From Chiloscyllium plagiosum (lineage: Eukaryota), in the NCBI RefSeq assembly GCF_004010195.1, contig NW_025214836.1:18445-52426 (forward strand): 33,982 nucleotides of DNA. Direction: 5' to 3'. The notes under the pieces were generated by a model. It searched no databases. It saw only the letters and a program-made list of their open reading frames with translations, and was not told the DNA's origin. The position numbers and the translations under genes are program-made. Positions 21,301 to 33,982 of this stretch are shown one piece after another (position 1 is the first letter of the stretch; every line of letters begins with the position of its first letter).

Positions 21301-24300
21301 CACTATCGGACAATTTAGCATGGCCAATCCACCCGAACCTGCACAACCCAGGGCACTATGGGACAATTTACAATGGCCAATCCACTCTAACCTGCACATC
21401 TCTGGGGACTATGGGACAATTTAGCATGGCCAATCCAACCTAACCTGTATATCTCTGGGCACTATGGGACAATTTAGCATGGCCAACCCACCCGAACCTG
21501 CACAACCCTGGACACTATGGGACAATTTCCCATGGCCAACCCACCATAGCCTACCCATCCCTGGGCACTATGGGACAATTCCCCACTGCCAAACCACCCT
21601 AACCTGCACATCCCTGGGCACTATGGGACAATTTAGCATGGCCAATCTACCCTAACCTGCACACCCCAGGGCACTATGGGACAGTTCAGCATGGCCAATC
21701 CACCCTAAACTGCACATCCCTGGGCACTATGGGGCAATTTAGCATGGCCAATCCACCCTAACCTGCACATCCCTGGGCACTATGGGACAATTCCCCACGG
21801 CCAACCTACCCTAACCCGCACATCCCTGGGCACGATGGGACAATTTAGCACGGCCAATCCACCCTAACCTGCACATCCCTGGGCACTATGGGACAATTCC
21901 CCACGGCCAACCCACCCGAACCTGCACATCCCAGGGCACTATGGGACAGTTTAGCATGGCCAACCCACCATAGCCTGCCCATCCCTGGACACTATGGGAC
22001 AATTCCCCACTGCCAACCCACCCTAACTCGCACAGCCCTGGGCACTATGGGACAATTTAGCATGGCCAATCCACCCGAACCTGCACATCTCTGGGCACTA
22101 TGGGACGATTTAGCATGGCCAATCCAATCTAACCTGTACATCCCTGGGCACGATGGGACAATTTAGCATGGCCAACCCACCCGAACTTGCACATCCCTGG
22201 GCACTACGGGACAATTTAACATGGCCAATCCACCCTAACCTGCACATCCCTGGGCAGTACGGGACAATTTAGCATGGCCAATCCCAACCTAACACGCACA
22301 TCCCAGGGCATGATGGGACAATTTAGCATGGCCAATCCACCCGAACCTGTACAACCCTTGGCACTATGGGACAATTTACAATGGCCAATCCACCCTAACC
22401 TGCATATCTCTGGGCACTATGGGACAATTTAGCATGGCCAATCCACCCTAAACTGCATATCTCTGGGCACTATGGGACAATTTAGCATGGCCAATCCACC
22501 CGAACCTGCACATCCCTGGTCACTATGGGACAATTTTGCATGGCCAATCCACGCTAACCTGCACATCCCAGGGCACTATGGGACAATTTACCATGGCCAA
22601 TCCACCCTAACCTGCATATCTCTGGGCACTATGGGACAATTTAGCATGGCCAATCCACCCTAACCTGCACATCCCTGGGCACTATGGGACAATTACCCAC
22701 GGCCAACCCACCCGAACCTGCACATCCCAGGGCACTATGGGACGATTTAGCATGGCCAACCCACCATAGCCTATACATCGCTGGGCACTATGGGACAATT
22801 TTGCATGGCCAATCCACACTAACCCGCACGTCCCTGGGCATTCTGGGACAATTCCCCACGGGCAACCCGCGCTAACCTACACATCCCTGGGCATTATGGG
22901 ACAATTTAGCACGGCCAACCCACCCTAACCTGCACATCATTGGGCACTATGGGACATATCCCCACGACCAACCCATCCTAACCTACACATCCCTTGGCAC
23001 TATGGGACAATTTAGCATGGCCAATCCACCCTAACCTAAACATCCCTGGGCACTATGGGACAATTTAGCATGGCAAATCCACACTAACCCGCACATCCCT
23101 GGGCACTCTGGGACATTTTTGCATGGTCAATCCATCCTAACCTACACATCCCTGGACACGATAAGACAATTTAGCATGGCCAACCTCCCCTAACCTACAC
23201 ATCCCTGGGCACTATGGGACAATTTAGCATGGTCAATCCCTCCTACACTGCACATCACTGGGCACAATGGGACAATTCCCCACGACCAACCCACCCGAAC
23301 CTGCACATCCCAGGGCACTATGGGACAATTTAGCATGGCCAACCCACCATAGCCTGCCCATCCCTGGGCACTATGGGACAATTCCCCACTGCCAACCCAC
23401 CCTAACTCGCACATCACTGGGCAATATGGGACAATTTAGTATCGCCAATCCACCCTAACCTGCACATCACTGGGCACTATGGAACAATTCCCCACGGCCA
23501 ACCCATCCTAACCCGCACATCCCTGGGCACTATTGGACACTTCCCCACGGCCAACCCACCATAACCTGCACATCCCTGAGCACTCTAGGACAATTTAGCA
23601 TGGCCAATCCACCCTAATCTGCACATCCCTGGGCAGTACGGGACAATTTAGCATGGCCAAACCCACCCTAACACGCACATCCCTGGGCATGATGGGACAA
23701 TTTAGCATGGCCAATCCACCCGAACCTGCACAACCCTGGGCACTATGGGACAATTTACAACGGCCAATCCAACCTAACCTGTACATCCCTGGGCACTATG
23801 GGACAATTTAGCATGGCCAATCCACCCTAACCTGCACATCTCTGGGCACTACGGGACAATTTAGTATGGCCAATCCACCCTAACCTGCACATCCCTGGTC
23901 ACTATGGGACAATTTAGCATGGCCAACCCACCTGAACCTGCACATCCCTGGGCACTATGGGACAATTCCGTACAGCCAACCTACCCTAACGCACACATCC
24001 CTAGGCAATATGGGACAATTCAGCATGGCCAACCCACCCTAAACTGCACATCCCAGTGCACTATGGGACAAGTTAGCATGGCCAATCCACTCTAACCTAT
24101 ACATCGCTGGGCACTATGGGACAATTTTGCATGGCCAATCCACACTAACCCGCACATCCCTGGGCACTCTGGGACAATTCCCCACGGGCAACCCACCTTA
24201 ACTTGCACAACCCTGGACACTATGGGACAATTCCCCACGGGCAACCCACCCTAACCTACACATCCCTGGGCACTATGGGACAATTTAGCATGGCCAATCC

Positions 24301-27300
24301 ACCCTAACCAACACATCCCTGGGCACTATGGGACAATTTAGCATGGCCAATCCACCCTAACCTACACATCCCTGGGCACTATGGGACAATTTAGCACGGC
24401 CAACCCACCCTAATCTGCACATCATTGGGCACTATGGGACATATCCCCACGAACAACCCATCCTAACCTACACATCCCTTGGCAGTATGGGACAATTTAG
24501 CGTGGCCAATCCACCCTAACCTACACATCCCTGGGCACTATGGGACAATTTAGCATGGCAAATCCACACTAACCCGCACATCCCTGGGCACTCTGGGACA
24601 TTTTGGCATGGTCAATCCATCCTAACCTACACATCCCTGGACACGATAAGACAATTTAACATGGCCAACCTACCCTAACCTACACATCCCTGGGCACTAT
24701 GGGACAATTTAGCATGGTCAATCCCTCCTAACCTGCACATCACTGGGCACAATGGGACAATTCCCCACGACCAACCCACCCTAACCCGCACATCACTGGG
24801 CAATATGGGACAATTTAGTATCGCCAATCCACCCTAACCCGCACATCCTTGGGCACTATGGGACACTTTCCCACAGCCAACCCACCCGAACCTGCACATC
24901 CCAGGGCACTATGGGATAATTTAGCATGGCCAACCCACCATAGCCTGCCCATCCCTGGGCACTATGGGACAATTCCCCACTGCCAACCCACCCTAACTCG
25001 CACATCACTGGGCAATATGGGACAATTTAGTATCGCCAATCCACCCAAACCCGCACATCCCTGGGCACTATGGGACAATTCCATACAGCCAACCTACCCT
25101 ACCGTACACATCCCTGGGCAATATGGGACAATTCAGCATGGCCAACCCACCCGAACCTGCACATCCCAGGGCACTATGGGACAATTTAGCATTGCCAACA
25201 CACCATAGCCTGCCCATCCCTGGGCACTCTGGGACAATTCCCCACTGCCAACCCACCCTAACTCGCACATCCCTGGGCACTATGGGACAATTTAGCATGG
25301 CCAATCCACCCTAACCTGCACATCTCTGGGCACTATAGGACAATTTAGCATGGCCAATCCAACCTAACCTGTACATCCCTGGGCACGATGATACAATTGA
25401 CATGGCCAATCCACCCTAACCTGCACATCCCTGGGCAGTACGGGACAATTTAGCACGGCCAATCTACCCTAACCTGCACATCCCTGAGCACTATCGGACA
25501 ATTTAGCATGGCCAATCCACCCTAATCTGCTCATCCCTGGGCAATACGGCACAATTTAGCATGGTCAATCCCACGCTAACACGCACATCCCTGGGCATGA
25601 TGGGACAATTTAGCATGGCCAATCCACCCTAACCTGCACATCTCTGGGCACAATGGGACAATTCCCCACGGCCAACCCACCCAAATCTGCATATCCCAGG
25701 GCACTATGGGACAATTTAGCATGGCCAACCCACCATAGCCTGCCCATCCCGCACATCACTGGGCAATATGGGACAATTTAGTATCGCCAATCCACCCTAA
25801 CTCGCACATCCTCGGGCACTATGGGACACTTCCCCACGGCCAACCCACGCGAACCTGCACATCCCAGGGCACTATGGGACAATTTAGCATGGCAAATCCA
25901 CCATAACCGAGACATCGCTGGGCACTATGGGAAAATTTTGCATGGCCAATCCACACTAACCCGCACATCCCTGGGCACTCTGGGATAACTCCCCACGGGC
26001 AACCCACCCTAACCTACACATCCCTGGGCACTATGGGACAATTTAGCACGGCCAACCCACCCTAATCTGCACATCATTGGGCACTGTGGGACATATCCCC
26101 ACGACCAGCCCATCCTAACCTACTCATCCCTGGGCTCTATGGGACAATTTAGCGTGGCCAATCCACCCTAACCTACACATCCCTGGGCACTATGGGACAA
26201 TTTAGCATGGCAAATCCACACTAACCCGCACATCCCTGGGCACTCTGGGACAATTTAGCATGGTCAATCCACCCTAACCTACACATCCCTGGACACGATA
26301 AGACAATTTAGCATCGCCAACCTACCCTAACCTACACATCCCTGGGCACTATGGGACAATTTAGCATGGCCAATCCACCCTAACCTGCACATCCCTGGGC
26401 ACTATGGGACAATTTCCCATGGCCAATCCACACTAACCTGCACATCCCTGGGCACTATGGGACACTTCCCCACAGCCAACTCACCATAATCTGCACATCC
26501 CTGGGCACTATGGGACAATTCCCCACAGCCAACCTACCCTAACGTACACATCCCTGGGCAATATGGGACAATTTAGCATGGCCAATCCAACCTAACCTGC
26601 ACATCCCTGGGCACTGTGGGACAATTTAGCATGTTCAATCCACCCTAACCTGCACATCCTTGGGCACTATGGGACAATTTAGCATGGCCAATCCACCCTA
26701 ACCTGCACATCCCTGGGCACTATGGGACAATTCCCCACAGCCAACCTACCCTAACGTACACATCCCTGGGCAATATGGGACAATTTAGCATGGCCAATCC
26801 AACCAAACCTGCACATCCCTGGGCACTATGGGACAATTTAGCATGGCCAATCCACCCGAACCTGCACACACTATGGGATATTTTGCATGGCCAATCCACC
26901 CTAACCCCTACATACCTGGTACTATGGGCAATTTAGCATGGCCAATCCACACTAACCTGAACATCCTTTGCACAATAGGGAAATTTAGCATGACCAATCC
27001 ACCCTAAACTACACATCCCGGAACTCTGTGGGACAATTTATCATGGCCAATTCACCCTAACCTGCACATCCCTGGACACTATGGGATATTTTGCATGGCC
27101 AATCCACCCTAACCCCTACATACCTGGTACTATGGGCAATTTAGCATGGCCAATCCACACTAACCTGAACATCCTTTGCACAATAGGGAAATTTAGCATG
27201 ACCAATCCACCCTAAACTACACATCCCGGAACTCTGTGGGACAATTTATCATGGCCAATTCACCCTAACCTGCACATCCCTGGACACTATGGGATATTTT

Positions 27301-30300
27301 GCATGGCCAATCCACCCTAACCCCTACATACCTGGTACTATGGGCAATTTAGCATGGCCAATCCACACTAACCTGAACATCCTTTGCACAATAGGGAAAT
27401 TTAGCATGACCAATCCACCCTAAACTACACATCCCGGAACTCTGTGGGACAATTTATCATGGCCAATTCACCCTAACCTGCACATCCCTGGACACTATGG
27501 GATATTTTGCATGGCCAATCCACCCTAACCCCTACATACCTGGTACTATGGGCAATTTAGCATGGCCAATCCACACTAACCTGAACATCCTTTGCACAAT
27601 AGGGAAATTTAGCATGACCAATCCACCCTAAACTACACATCCCGGAACTCTGTGGGACAATTTATCATGGCCAATTCACCCTAACCTGCACATCCCTGGA
27701 CACTATGGGATATTTTGCATGGCCAATCCACCCTAACCCCTACATACCTGGTACTATGGGCAATTTAGCATGGCCAATCCACACTAACCTGAACATCCTT
27801 TGCACAATAGGGAAATTTAGCATGACCAATCCACCCTAAACTACACATCCCGGAACTCTGTGGGACAATTTATCATGGCCAATTCACCCTAACCTGCACA
27901 TCCCTGGACACTATGGGATATTTTGCATGGCCAATCCACCCTAACCCCTACATACCTGGTACTATGGGCAATTTAGCATGGCCAATCCACACTAACCTGA
28001 ACATCCTTTGCACAATAGGGAAATTTAGCATGACCAATCCACCCTAAACTACACATCCCGGAACTCTGTGGGACAATTTATCATGGCCAATTCACCCTAA
28101 CCTGCACATCCCTGGACACTATGGGATATTTTGCATGGCCAATCCACCCTAACCCCTACATACCTGGTACTATGGGCAATTTAGCATGGCCAATCCACAC
28201 TAACCTGAACATCCTTTGCACAATAGGGAAATTTAGCATGACCAATCCACCCTAAACTACACATCCCGGAACTCTGTGGGACAATTTATCATGGCCAATT
28301 CACCCTAACCTGCACATCCCTGGACACTATGGGATATTTTGCATGGCCAATCCACCCTAACCCCTACATACCTGGTACTATGGGCAATTTAGCATGGCCA
28401 ATCCACACTAACCTGAACATCCTTTGCACAATAGGGAAATTTAGCATGACCAATCCACCCTAAACTACACATCCCGGAACTCTGTGGGACAATTTATCAT
28501 GGCCAATTCACCCTAACCTGCACATCCCTGGACACTATGGGATATTTTGCATGGCCAATCCACCCTAACCCCTACATACCTGGTACTATGGGCAATTTAG
28601 CATGGCCAATCCACACTAACCTGAACATCCTTTGCACAATAGGGAAATTTAGCATGACCAATCCACCCTAAACTACACATCCCGGAACTCTGTGGGACAA
28701 TTTATCATGGCCAATTCACCCTAACCTGCACATCCCTGGACACTATGGGATATTTTGCATGGCCAATCCACCCTAACCCCTACATACCTGGTACTATGGG
28801 CAATTTAGCATGGCCAATCCACACTAACCTGAACATCCTTTGCACAATAGGGAAATTTAGCATGACCAATCCACCCTAAACTACACATCCCGGAACTCTG
28901 TGGGACAATTTATCATGGCCAATTCACCCTAACCTGCACATCCCTGGACACTATGGGATATTTTGCATGGCCAATCCACCCTAACCCCTACATACCTGGT
29001 ACTATGGGCAATTTAGCATGGCCAATCCACACTAACCTGAACATCCTTTGCACAATAGGGAAATTTAGCATGACCAATCCACCCTAAACTACACATCCCG
29101 GAACTCTGTGGGACAATTTATCATGGCCAATTCACCCTAACCTGCACATCCCTGGACACTATGGGATATTTTGCATGGCCAATCCACCCTAACCCCTACA
29201 TACCTGGTACTATGGGCAATTTAGCATGGCCAATCCACACTAACCTGAACATCCTTTGCACAATAGGGAAATTTAGCATGACCAATCCACCCTAAACTAC
29301 ACATCCCGGAACTCTGTGGGACAATTTATCATGGCCAATTCACCCTAACCTGCACATCCCTGGACACTATGGGATATTTTGCATGGCCAATCCACCCTAA
29401 CCCCTACATACCTGGTACTATGGGCAATTTAGCATGGCCAATCCACACTAACCTGAACATCCTTTGCACAATAGGGAAATTTAGCATGACCAATCCACCC
29501 TAAACTACACATCCCGGAACTCTGTGGGACAATTTATCATGGCCAATTCACCCTAACCTGCACATCCCTGGACACTATGGGATATTTTGCATGGCCAATC
29601 CACCCTAACCCCTACATACCTGGTACTATGGGCAATTTAGCATGGCCAATCCACACTAACCTGAACATCCTTTGCACAATAGGGAAATTTAGCATGACCA
29701 ATCCACCCTAAACTACACATCCCGGAACTCTGTGGGACAATTTATCATGGCCAATTCACCCTAACCTGCACATCCCTGGACACTATGGGATATTTTGCAT
29801 GGCCAATCCACCCTAACCCCTACATACCTGGTACTATGGGCAATTTAGCATGGCCAATCCACACTAACCTGAACATCCTTTGCACAATAGGGAAATTTAG
29901 CATGACCAATCCACCCTAAACTACACATCCCGGAACTCTGTGGGACAATTTATCATGGCCAATTCACCCTAACCTGCACATCCCTGGACACTATGGGATA
30001 TTTTGCATGGCCAATCCACCCTAACCCCTACATACCTGGTACTATGGGCAATTTAGCATGGCCAATCCACACTAACCTGAACATCCTTTGCACAATAGGG
30101 AAATTTAGCATGACCAATCCACCCTAAACTACACATCCCGGAACTCTGTGGGACAATTTATCATGGCCAATTCACCCTAACCTGCACATCCCTGGACACT
30201 ATGGGATATTTTGCATGGCCAATCCACCCTAACCCCTACATACCTGGTACTATGGGCAATTTAGCATGGCCAATCCACACTAACCTGAACATCCTTTGCA

Positions 30301-32897
30301 CAATAGGGAAATTTAGCATGACCAATCCACCCTAAACTACACATCCCGGAACTCTGTGGGACAATTTATCATGGCCAATTCACCCTAACCTGCACATCCC
30401 TGGACACTATGGGATATTTTGCATGGCCAATCCACCCTAACCCCTACATACCTGGTACTATGGGCAATTTAGCATGGCCAATCCACACTAACCTGAACAT
30501 CCTTTGCACAATAGGGAAATTTAGCATGACCAATCCACCCTAAACTACACATCCCGGAACTCTGTGGGACAATTTATCATGGCCAATTCACCCTAACCTG
30601 CACATCCCTGGACACTATGGGATATTTTGCATGGCCAATCCACCCTAACCCCTACATACCTGGTACTATGGGCAATTTAGCATGGCCAATCCACACTAAC
30701 CTGAACATCCTTTGCACAATAGGGAAATTTAGCATGACCAATCCACCCTAAACTACACATCCCGGAACTCTGTGGGACAATTTATCATGGCCAATTCACC
30801 CTAACCTGCACATCCCTGGACACTATGGGATATTTTGCATGGCCAATCCACCCTAACCCCTACATACCTGGTACTATGGGCAATTTAGCATGGCCAATCC
30901 ACACTAACCTGAACATCCTTTGCACAATAGGGAAATTTAGCATGACCAATCCACCCTAAACTACACATCCCGGAACTCTGTGGGACAATTTATCATGGCC
31001 AATTCACCCTAACCTGCACATCCCTGGACACTATGGGATATTTTGCATGGCCAATCCACCCTAACCCCTACATACCTGGTACTATGGGCAATTTAGCATG
31101 GCCAATCCACACTAACCTGAACATCCTTTGCACAATAGGGAAATTTAGCATGACCAATCCACCCTAAACTACACATCCCGGAACTCTGTGGGACAATTTA
31201 TCATGGCCAATTCACCCTAACCTGCACATCCCTGGACACTATGGGATATTTTGCATGGCCAATCCACCCTAACCCCTACATACCTGGTACTATGGGCAAT
31301 TTAGCATGGCCAATCCACACTAACCTGAACATCCTTTGCACAATAGGGAAATTTAGCATGACCAATCCACCCTAAACTACACATCCCGGAACTCTGTGGG
31401 ACAATTTATCATGGCCAATTCACCCTAACCTGCACATCCCTGGACACTATGGGATATTTTGCATGGCCAATCCACCCTAACCCCTACATACCTGGTACTA
31501 TGGGCAATTTAGCATGGCCAATCCACACTAACCTGAACATCCTTTGCACAATAGGGAAATTTAGCATGACCAATCCACCCTAAACTACACATCCCGGAAC
31601 TCTGTGGGACAATTTATCATGGCCAATTCACCCTAACCTGCACATCCCTGGACACTATGGGATATTTTGCATGGCCAATCCACCCTAACCCCTACATACC
31701 TGGTACTATGGGCAATTTAGCATGGCCAATCCACACTAACCTGAACATCCTTTGCACAATAGGGAAATTTAGCATGACCAATCCACCCTAAACTACACAT
31801 CCCGGAACTCTGTGGGACAATTTATCATGGCCAATTCACCCTAACCTGCACATCCCTGGACACTATGGGATATTTTGCATGGCCAATCCACCCTAACCCC
31901 TACATACCTGGTACTATGGGCAATTTAGCATGGCCAATCCACACTAACCTGAACATCCTTTGCACAATAGGGAAATTTAGCATGACCAATCCACCCTAAA
32001 CTACACATCCCGGAACTCTGTGGGACAATTTATCATGGCCAATTCACCCTAACCTGCACATCCCTGGACACTATGGGATATTTTGCATGGCCAATCCACC
32101 CTAACCCCTACATACCTGGTACTATGGGCAATTTAGCATGGCCAATCCACACTAACCTGAACATCCTTTGCACAATAGGGAAATTTAGCATGACCAATCC
32201 ACCCTAAACTACACATCCCGGAACTCTGTGGGACAATTTATCATGGCCAATTCACCCTAACCTGCACATCCCTGGACACTATGGGATATTTTGCATGGCC
32301 AATCCACCCTAACCCCTACATACCTGGTACTATGGGCAATTTAGCATGGCCAATCCACACTAACCTGAACATCCTTTGCACAATAGGGAAATTTAGCATG
32401 ACCAATCCACCCTAAACTACACATCCCGGAACTCTGTGGGACAATTTATCATGGCCAATTCACCCTAACCTGCACATCCCTGGACACTATGGGATATTTT
32501 GCATGGCCAATCCACCCTAACCCCTACATACCTGGTACTATGGGCAATTTAGCATGGCCAATCCACACTAACCTGAACATCCTTTGCACAATAGGGAAAT
32601 TTAGCATGACCAATCCACCCTAAACTACACATCCCGGAACTCTGTGGGACAATTTATCATGGCCAATTCACCCTAACCTGCACATCCCTGGGCACTCTGG
32701 GGCAATTTAGCATGTCCAATCCACCCTAACCTGCACATCCCTATGCACTGTAGGGAAATGTAGCATGGCCAATCCACCCTAACCTACACATCCCTGGACC
32801 GTATGTGACAATTATGCATGGCCAATCCACCCTAACCTGCACATCCCTGGACACTATGCGACAATTAAGTATGGTCAATCCACCCTAACCTGCACAC
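18378..32897 (-). repeat. ~14.5 kb satellite array of the 53-bp SINE-derived monomer (~274 monomers)
   Basis: + strand consensus CCCTAACCTGCACATCCCTGGGCACTATGGGACAATTTAGCATGGCCAATCCA. Perfect copies at ~18456-19064, divergent copies at ~19065-26867. Confidence 0.98.
26868..32691 (-). repeat. 208-bp higher-order repeat (monomers of 51+52+53+52 bp), 28 copies
   Basis: TTTTGCATGGCC recurs at 26881, 27089, 27921 and 30001 (multiples of 208). The span is 5824 bp = 28 x 208. No variant seen by eye. Confidence 0.97.
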
Positions 32898-32963
32898 ATT
32901 TGTACTGTGTGCGGAAATCGAAACACCTGGAGGAAACGCACGCAGACACGGGAAGAGATGTGC
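32898..32963 (-). mobile_element. V-domain of the array-hosting SINE, truncated before the tRNA head
   Basis: Reverse complement reads GCACATCTCTTCCCGTGTCTGCGTGCGTTTCCTCCAGGTGTTTCGATTTCCGCACACAGTACAAAT, matching 33355-33420. Confidence 0.88.
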
Positions 32964-33219
32964 CGGTTAGGGTGGATTAGCCGTGCTAAAATGTCCCATA
33001 GTTCCCAGAGATGTGCAGGATAGGGTGGATTGTCCATGCTAAATTGTCCCATAGTTCCCAGGGATGTGCAGGTTAGGGTGGATTAGCTGTGGGAAAGGCA
33101 GAGATACTGGGATAGGGTAAGGCGGCGGGGGGGAGGGGACGGGGAGGGAAGCTCTTCAGAGGTTTGGTATGGACCTGATGGGCCGAATGGGCTGGTTCCG
33201 CATTGCCAGGATTCAATGA
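32957..33219 (+). mobile_element. Headless SINE: ~2.6 53-bp units plus 3' tail, opposite orientation to the large array
   Basis: GATGTGC at 32957, 33010 and 33063 (period 53), then tail ...GGGCCGAATGGGCTGGTTCCGCATTGCCAGGATTCAATGA. Confidence 0.88.
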
Positions 33220-33266
33220 GAAATAGAACCATTGCAAGTAACTCTTTTCCCAATTTGAGACTCTCT

Positions 33267-33582
33267 GGGACACAGTGACACAGTGTTTAGCACTGCTGCC
33301 TCATAGCGTCGGGTTCGATCCCACCCTCAGGGGGCAACTGTCGGTGTGGAGTTTGCACATTCTCTCCCGTATCTGCGTGGGTTTCCTCCAAGTGCTCTGT
33401 TTTCTCCCACAGTACAGCGATGTGAAGGTTAGGGTGGATTGGCCGTGCTAACTTGCCCATAGAGTCTAGGGACGTATTGGCTCGGTGGATTAGCCATGGG
33501 AGGTTCAGGGTAGGTGGTGGGATGCTATCGGGAGGGTCGGTTTGGATTCGCTGGACTGAATGGCCTGCTTCCACACTGTCGG
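33267..33582 (+). mobile_element. Full-length HE1-like V-SINE with ~1.6 internal 53-bp units
   Basis: A-box-like TGACACAGTGT (33276), B-box GGTTCGATCCC (33312-33322), V-domain, GGTGGATT repeated at ~33433 and ~33484, CR1-like tail. Confidence 0.9.
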
Positions 33583-33847
33583 TGTTTTGTGGAGTGTCAG
33601 GGGTTCAATATTGATTGCACTGCGTTTAGTACAATTCACTCGCTCCTCATATACTAAAGCATTGTGTGCTTGCACTCAGAAAGAGGGGTTGTTAAGTACC
33701 ACATCAGTGCTAGGTTAAAACCAGCTTCTGCAGGAGAGAGTCTAACCATCTCTCTTTGACAGTCAGCCACTGCTGAACCAAGGCACCCTGGGAGCTGATG
33801 CTGGTCAGAAATATTACTGGGCCAAACAGTATAAGTACGAGAGCTAA

Positions 33848-33982
33848 TGTTGTTGTGAAACTTGAAAGGGTTCAGAAAAGATTTACAAGGATGTTGCCAG
33901 GGTTGGAGGATTTGAGCTACAGGGAGAGGCTGAACAGGGTGGGGCTGTTTTCCCTGGAGTGTTGGAGGCTGAGGGGTGACCT
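33848..33982 (+). mobile_element. CR1 ORF2 C-terminal fragment, runs off the window
   Basis: Encodes VVKLERVQKRFTRMLPGLEDLSYRERLNR. Confidence 0.92.

Noticed and set aside
18378..32897. CRISPR-like or coding interpretation of the regular repeats, including the many MGQFSMANPP ORFs
   Set aside because: Units are head-to-tail with no unique spacers and no cas genes, in a vertebrate context. A 53-bp period shifts frame every unit, so the ORFs are incidental.
33583..33847. Further minus-strand exon of the candidate gene (acceptor-like CTCTCTCCTGCAG)
   Set aside because: No convincing donor or phase-compatible frame could be assigned.

Overview
Eukaryotic, repeat-dominated scaffold sequence with two N gaps. 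The repeat content (CR1/HER1-type LINE fragments plus tRNA-headed V-domain SINEs of HE1 type) points to an elasmobranch, probably a shark; this is an inference from repeat families only. No intact protein-coding gene is present, and all ORF-track entries are either decayed LINE frames or chance frames in repeats. Bases 1-18.3 kb are a mosaic of nested, truncated CR1 pieces (ORF1 esterase, ORF2 endonuclease/RT, 3' tails), a second older LINE family, SINEs and short unique islands. Bases 18.38-32.90 kb are a ~14.5 kb array of a 53-bp monomer. The array lies between the 3' tail and the V-domain of what appears to be one SINE, so it looks like a SINE-internal unit expanded ~270-fold. It has three zones: perfect monomers, a divergent patchwork, and exactly 28 apparently identical 208-bp tetramer higher-order repeats. 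It ends in a microhomology-joined strand switch. Other leads are three phase-compatible candidate minus-strand exons encoding an ITIM-like tail, a minimal hammerhead ribozyme core in a Penelope-like remnant, a 52-bp stem-loop insertion with a 17-bp target-site duplication, and a local duplication of a dead CR1 segment.
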